Positions 59,497 to 64,000 of a stretch of 64,000 bases of DNA are shown here, piece after piece (within the stretch, counting starts at the first letter, position 1; every line of letters starts with the position of its first letter). This stretch comes from Candidatus Poribacteria bacterium. GTDB taxonomy: Bacteria > Poribacteria > WGA-4E > PCPOR2b. The position numbers and the translations under genes are program-made. Below the pieces are notes generated by a model. The model did not search any database. It was given only the letters and a program-made list of their open reading frames with translations, and had not been told where the DNA came from. Location of the stretch: assembly GCA_965116925.1 (NCBI GenBank), contig OZ220744.1, positions 2,912,001-2,976,000 on the forward strand, read 5' to 3'.

Positions 59497-59551
59497 AGAA
59501 ACCGAGTTTTTCCGAAAAAACTCGGTTTCTTTGCACGACTTCTTAACATGA
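59497..59551. repeat. Palindromic repeat AGAAACCGAG..CTCGGTTTCT plus one MITE end
   Basis: Perfect 10-bp outer arms; flank TTGCACGACTTCTTAACATGA matches the left end of the 25944 element. Confidence 0.7.
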
Positions 59552-59560
59552 ACAATCTTG

Positions 59561-60388
59561 TTAGTACGCCCAAGCGTCCTCTGTAAGTTCACCCGAATAG
59601 ATGATTCGCGCATCACCCTCCAGATGGACATTTTCCGGCTCGCCGTTCACTAAGTCAAAATGGATAGTCAACACCGAACCACTAGCGGTCTTTACGGCGA
59701 CGGGAGACTGAACCTTCCCTAGCGCAGCGGAGACAACCGCAGCGGCAATAGAGCCTGTGCCACAGGCAAGGGTTTCATCTTCGACACCGCGTTCGTATGT
59801 GCGGATGTCAATCGCTTGAGAATCGTTGACACGGACGAAATTGGCGTTGGTCCCCGCAGGCTTGAAGTCGTCGTGGTAGCGCGTCTGCCTGCCAAGCCCG
59901 AACACATCCGTTCCTTCCAAATCTTCAGCGTAAAAGAGCACATGGGGAACGCCACTATTGGCGAAAGAGATGTTGTGGACACCATCTTCTAAGTGAAGCG
60001 GGAAGTTCAATCGGAGGTCCGTTGGATCACTCATCCGGACTTTGACGTCAGCACCGACAATCTCCGATTCATAGATTCCGGCTTGCGTCTCAAAGGACAT
60101 CTGCTCCGAAACGATGCCGTTGATATAGGCGAACCTTGAGATACAACGCGCGCCATTTCCGCAAGTCTCCGCTTCGCTGCCGTCCGCGTTGAAGTAACGC
60201 ATCCGGAAATCTGCTTTATCCGTATCTTCGACGAGCAGCACACCATCCGCACCGGCAGACATGCGGCGTTGGCACACCTTTTCGACAAAATCGGTATTTT
60301 CGTATTGGACAACGCTTTCGCGGTTATCAATAATAACGAAGTCATTACCCGCACCACTTAGTTTCATGAAGGGTATTTTTTGAGCCAT
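59561..60388 (-). CDS. dapF: Diaminopimelate epimerase
   Basis: GAGNDF, GADG, NADGSEAETCGNGARC, GVPH, ERGVEDETLACGTG. Confidence 0.97.
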   Translation of the reverse strand: MAQKIPFMKLSGAGNDFVIIDNRESVVQYENTDFVEKVCQRRMSAGADGVLLVEDTDKADFRMRYFNADGSEAETCGNGARCISRFAYINGIVSEQMSFETQAGIYESEIVGADVKVRMSDPTDLRLNFPLHLEDGVHNISFANSGVPHVLFYAEDLEGTDVFGLGRQTRYHDDFKPAGTNANFVRVNDSQAIDIRTYERGVEDETLACGTGSIAAAVVSAALGKVQSPVAVKTASGSVLTIHFDLVNGEPENVHLEGDARIIYSGELTEDAWAY

Positions 60389-60453
60389 ATCGGTTCTCCT
60401 TATTCTTAATGTCAAGTTATTATATCATATCCGCCATTTACTCTACAACGGTT

Positions 60454-63400
60454 CTATTTCACGATAACCATTCGACGGGTTCCGGTGTAGTCATCAGTGG
60501 TCAGCGTGTAGAAGTATACACCGCTAGCCACCGACTCTCCGATTTCGTTGCAACCATCCCAATACGCTGCCTTTGTCCGATTGGTGTAGTATCCCGCCCT
60601 TTGATGCCCTAGATTCAACTGACGCACCAACGCACCGTGGATGTCATAGATGCTAATCCGTACCACTGTATCATTGGCAAGATGATACGGAATCCATGTC
60701 TCTGGGTTAAACGGATTCGGGTAGTTTGCGCGGAGCATCGTCTTGTCTGGAACCATTGACGCAAGCAGCCTTTCAAGGGTCGCTATACCTTGGACAAAGG
60801 CGATCGATCCGTCGTTGTGAGCGTGCGCTATATCTATCCACTCCTGAACCTTCTCTGGACTAAGAGACGCGGGAACCGCAGCCGGTGCAGCGGGAGTGCT
60901 TGTTACGCCGAGATGTTGGGCAACTAGGATTAAGTCGAGGATGTTAGTGGTTCCATCCCCGTTAATGTCGCCCTCTGTGCTACCGAAGTTTTGAGCGGTT
61001 AGTATCAGATCGAGGACGTTCACAACGCCATCCTTATTTAGATCGTAGGGTAAAGTTGGTGGTTCGACAGCGGCTTTCAGATAGATTTCGCCGTCGAGGT
61101 CGGGGAGTTGGTGGGTCGTGGACGCAGCGCTGTTTCCCCTATCGGAGACGGGGATAGCAGATTCGGGTAGGGAGATGGCTTGGGCCGAACCACTGCGGTT
61201 ATAGACAGCCCAACCGTTGGTGAACTCCCGGATGAACAAACCCTCAACGTTTTGATAAAGTTGGGCTTTCGGACCGATGGGATGTCCTAAATTGGCATCC
61301 CAGAAAGGATACCAAAAGTGCTCATGGCCGGGTCCCCACGGATAAATAGCGTCAGGATCGGGTCCGGGGATAGCCCCTGTCCCGGTAGTATACATCACAT
61401 AGCCATCGGAATGGGTCAGACTCATAGTCGTAAAAACGCGCATCCAACGGCGGTTATCAGGGCTGTCTGGCGGTTCTGTCGGAATGCCCCAACCCTCTAA
61501 GCAGTTAATCTGGGGCGATCGAAATTTTTCCTCTGACCAAGTGAGAGTGTCTTCAATCTCATAAAGTCCGCCATGGGTGTATCCACCGGGATTATCACTA
61601 AAGTGATTATCTGTGAGGGTCTCCATGAAGGTGCCGTTGACATACTCGGTATAACGTGTTGCTTTGGTCCTATTGGTATTGATGAGTACCAGAAAGTCCT
61701 CACGAACTTGTGAGCGGACAGCTCGGAGAATATTGAGCATTACCTGGATAATCTCTTCATTGCTAACAGGGTAATGCCTCCTTCCCATGAATCCGGTGAA
61801 GTTGTTATGAAAACCATCCAAAAAAACTCCATCGTAGAGGCCACACCGCTCAAAGGAAATAATACGCTTTATAAGCAGATCTTGAACCTCAGGCTTCAAA
61901 AAATTAATGAGATATTCATTATTAGCATTTCTGATTATCTGACCTTGAGCATCTCTGAGCCAAAAGTCAGAACCCGGTGGAAAGGCTTCAGGCCTATCAT
62001 GGTGGTAGATTCGGACGTCGTGCAAGAATATCATGTTGGGATTTTGGGCAAGCTGCCGCTGTCTTGTTTCACGTGCACCTTCCAAGTAACCTGCACGCTG
62101 GATGGCTACTCCATAAGTCGGTTCGGCTAAGGTGGTATCCCACTTCAATCTAAGACCTGAGTTAAAAAACAGGTCATGCAGAACATGGCGCTGTTCCCGT
62201 GTGAGGTGATCAAGCCCAACAACGTCATTCCACGCTTGGAAGACCGAAGGAAAACTTCGATTCTTTATCCGGTCTCTAGCTAAGGGCAGCAGCGGTTCAA
62301 TATCACACACTTCATCATAACGAAAATCGGTGAGATTGAGTCCTTGCAGTGGACTGATATCAGTGCCAAAATTGTCGTGTATCCAGAGTGCCCGAAGATT
62401 GATAAGATTGGCAAGAGGACTAAAATCAACGATTTGGTTTGATTGAAGGTGCAAATAAGTAAGATTGGTTAATTCACCCAAGGGACTAATATCTGATATT
62501 CTGTTGTGTCCTAGGGAGACTCCTCTCAGATTTTCTAAGTTGCGAAGGGGACTCAAATCAGTAATGTGACACCCCCAGAGAGTAACTCCCTCTAGTTTTG
62601 TAAGATGGGTTAAGGGACTGATAGCTACGATCGGGTTGAGGTATAAGATGAGAAATCTTATATTGGTCGCGTATTCCAGCCCTGTTAGATTTGTGATTCC
62701 GCGATTGCCGCCGGCATCCAGTCTCGTTAATCGTAGCATCTGTCCTTGTGTGAGCGGCACCACCTCTGGCAGAGACAGTGCTTCTCGAATCAGCTGTCTC
62801 AAGTTCGGATCAGGTACTTCTACCACGATATTGAACCCTTCGCTGATTTCAATGTCCAACTCTACCCCCTCAAGTTCAAGAAGGGGACTAAAGTCATGGA
62901 AAGGATTATCAGCAATGTGCAACTCCATTAGATTTTTTAATCCAATCAGTGGGGTGACATCCGTAATCTCATTTCTGTTAAGCCGCAGCTCTTCCAACAG
63001 AGTCAGATTGGCGAGTATTGTGATGTCTGCAACCGAATTGCCCTGTATCCAGAGTTCCCGAAGATTGATAAGATCGGCAAGAGGATTTAAGTCAACGATT
63101 TGGTTTGATTGAAGATGCAAAGCAGTAAGATTGGTTAATTCACCCAAGGGACTGATATCCGATATGTTGTTGTGTCCTAGAAAGACCCCTCTCAGATTTT
63201 TTAAGTTGTGCAGTGGACTCAAATCAACAATGTCGCACCCCCAGAGAGTAACTCCTTTTAGTTTTGTAAGATGGGTTAAGGGACTGATAGCTACGATTGG
63301 GTTGAGGTCTAAATCAAGAGATTGGAGGTTAGTTGCATATTCCATACCTGTTAGGTCAGTGATTCCGCGATTGCCGCCTGCGTCCAGTTCTGTTAATCGT

Positions 63401-64000
63401 AGCATCTGTCCCTGCGTGAGCGGCACCGCTTCAGGGAGAGACAGCGTTTCTCGAATCAACTGTCTTAAGTTCGGGTCGGGTATTTCTACAATGACATTGA
63501 ACTCCTCACTGATTTCAATGTCCAACTCTACCCCCTCAAGTTCAAGCAGGGGGCTAAAGTCGTGGAAAGGATTATCAGCAATGTGCAACTCCGTTAGATT
63601 TTTTAATTCAATTAGTGGAGTGATATCCGTAATCTCATTTCTGTTAAGCCGCAGTTTTTCCAACAGGGTGAGGTTGGCAAGGGGACTGATGTCGCGAATC
63701 TGATTCTTGTCCAAGCGCAAATGGGTTAGTTGCGTCAAATTCGCGAGTATTGTGATGTCTTCAACCGAATTGTCGTTTATCCAGAATTCCCGAAGATTGA
63801 TAAGATTGGCAAGAGGATTTAAGTCAACGATTTGATTTGATTGAAGATGCAAAGCAGTAAGATTGGTTAAGTCAGCCAATGGACTAATATCCGATATGTT
63901 GTTGTGTCCTAGAAAGACTCCTCTCAGATTCGTCAGGTTACGGAGCGGGCTCAAATCAACAATGCGGCACCCCCAGAGATTAACTCCCTTTAGTTTTGTA
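60454..64000 (-). CDS. Large LRR protein with putative glycoside-hydrolase-like domain, dockerin-like EF-hand pair and C-terminal FlgD/CTD-like domain (5' end outside window)
   Basis: Internalin-type LRRs; CGLYDGVFLD domain; DLNKDGVVNVLD/DINGDGTTNILD; NYPNPFNPETWIPY tail; frame open to the window edge. Confidence 0.85.
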   Translation of the reverse strand, partial: TKLKGVNLWGCRIVDLSPLRNLTNLRGVFLGHNNISDISPLADLTNLTALHLQSNQIVDLNPLANLINLREFWINDNSVEDITILANLTQLTHLRLDKNQIRDISPLANLTLLEKLRLNRNEITDITPLIELKNLTELHIADNPFHDFSPLLELEGVELDIEISEEFNVIVEIPDPNLRQLIRETLSLPEAVPLTQGQMLRLTELDAGGNRGITDLTGMEYATNLQSLDLDLNPIVAISPLTHLTKLKGVTLWGCDIVDLSPLHNLKNLRGVFLGHNNISDISPLGELTNLTALHLQSNQIVDLNPLADLINLRELWIQGNSVADITILANLTLLEELRLNRNEITDVTPLIGLKNLMELHIADNPFHDFSPLLELEGVELDIEISEGFNIVVEVPDPNLRQLIREALSLPEVVPLTQGQMLRLTRLDAGGNRGITNLTGLEYATNIRFLILYLNPIVAISPLTHLTKLEGVTLWGCHITDLSPLRNLENLRGVSLGHNRISDISPLGELTNLTYLHLQSNQIVDFSPLANLINLRALWIHDNFGTDISPLQGLNLTDFRYDEVCDIEPLLPLARDRIKNRSFPSVFQAWNDVVGLDHLTREQRHVLHDLFFNSGLRLKWDTTLAEPTYGVAIQRAGYLEGARETRQRQLAQNPNMIFLHDVRIYHHDRPEAFPPGSDFWLRDAQGQIIRNANNEYLINFLKPEVQDLLIKRIISFERCGLYDGVFLDGFHNNFTGFMGRRHYPVSNEEIIQVMLNILRAVRSQVREDFLVLINTNRTKATRYTEYVNGTFMETLTDNHFSDNPGGYTHGGLYEIEDTLTWSEEKFRSPQINCLEGWGIPTEPPDSPDNRRWMRVFTTMSLTHSDGYVMYTTGTGAIPGPDPDAIYPWGPGHEHFWYPFWDANLGHPIGPKAQLYQNVEGLFIREFTNGWAVYNRSGSAQAISLPESAIPVSDRGNSAASTTHQLPDLDGEIYLKAAVEPPTLPYDLNKDGVVNVLDLILTAQNFGSTEGDINGDGTTNILDLILVAQHLGVTSTPAAPAAVPASLSPEKVQEWIDIAHAHNDGSIAFVQGIATLERLLASMVPDKTMLRANYPNPFNPETWIPYHLANDTVVRISIYDIHGALVRQLNLGHQRAGYYTNRTKAAYWDGCNEIGESVASGVYFYTLTTDDYTGTRRMVIVK

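Noticed and set aside
958..63703. Numerous 60-190-aa ORFs antisense to or overlapping the called genes
   Set aside because: Shadow ORFs with no motifs or SD sequences, fully explained by the real genes on the other strand or frame.

Overview
A 64-kb bacterial chromosomal window of roughly 50% GC (judged by eye). Several features together suggest a sponge-symbiont genome of the Candidatus Poribacteria type; this is an inference, not verified. They are internalin-like LRR proteins, an LDL-receptor class B (YWTD) repeat protein, a shared N[YF]PNPFNPETWIPY C-terminal Ig domain, PhyH and several enolase-superfamily and Gfo/Idh/MocA enzymes. The most striking locus is a minus-strand operon at 471-15150: three collinear ~1400-aa lipoproteins, each built from 29 Reg_prop-like beta-propeller blades, followed by a predicted outer-membrane beta-barrel with an acidic Ca-binding-like segment. 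No kinase or transporter is attached. These genes carry translated 7-bp and 8-bp microsatellites and an in-frame palindrome. The rest of the window mixes housekeeping genes (mtnA, UbiD-family decarboxylase, uvrB, class A PBP, HrpB-like helicase, PpiD-like PPIase, tRNA-Leu(GAG), dapF) with catabolic enzymes and an orphan DNA methyltransferase. Other oddities are a catalytically degenerate pyrophosphatase overlapping mtnA behind a structured leader, a secreted MTA/SAH-nucleosidase fusion, a sigma54 promoter in front of a gene remnant, and several MITE/REP-like elements. No CRISPR array, rRNA, transposase or prophage was seen.
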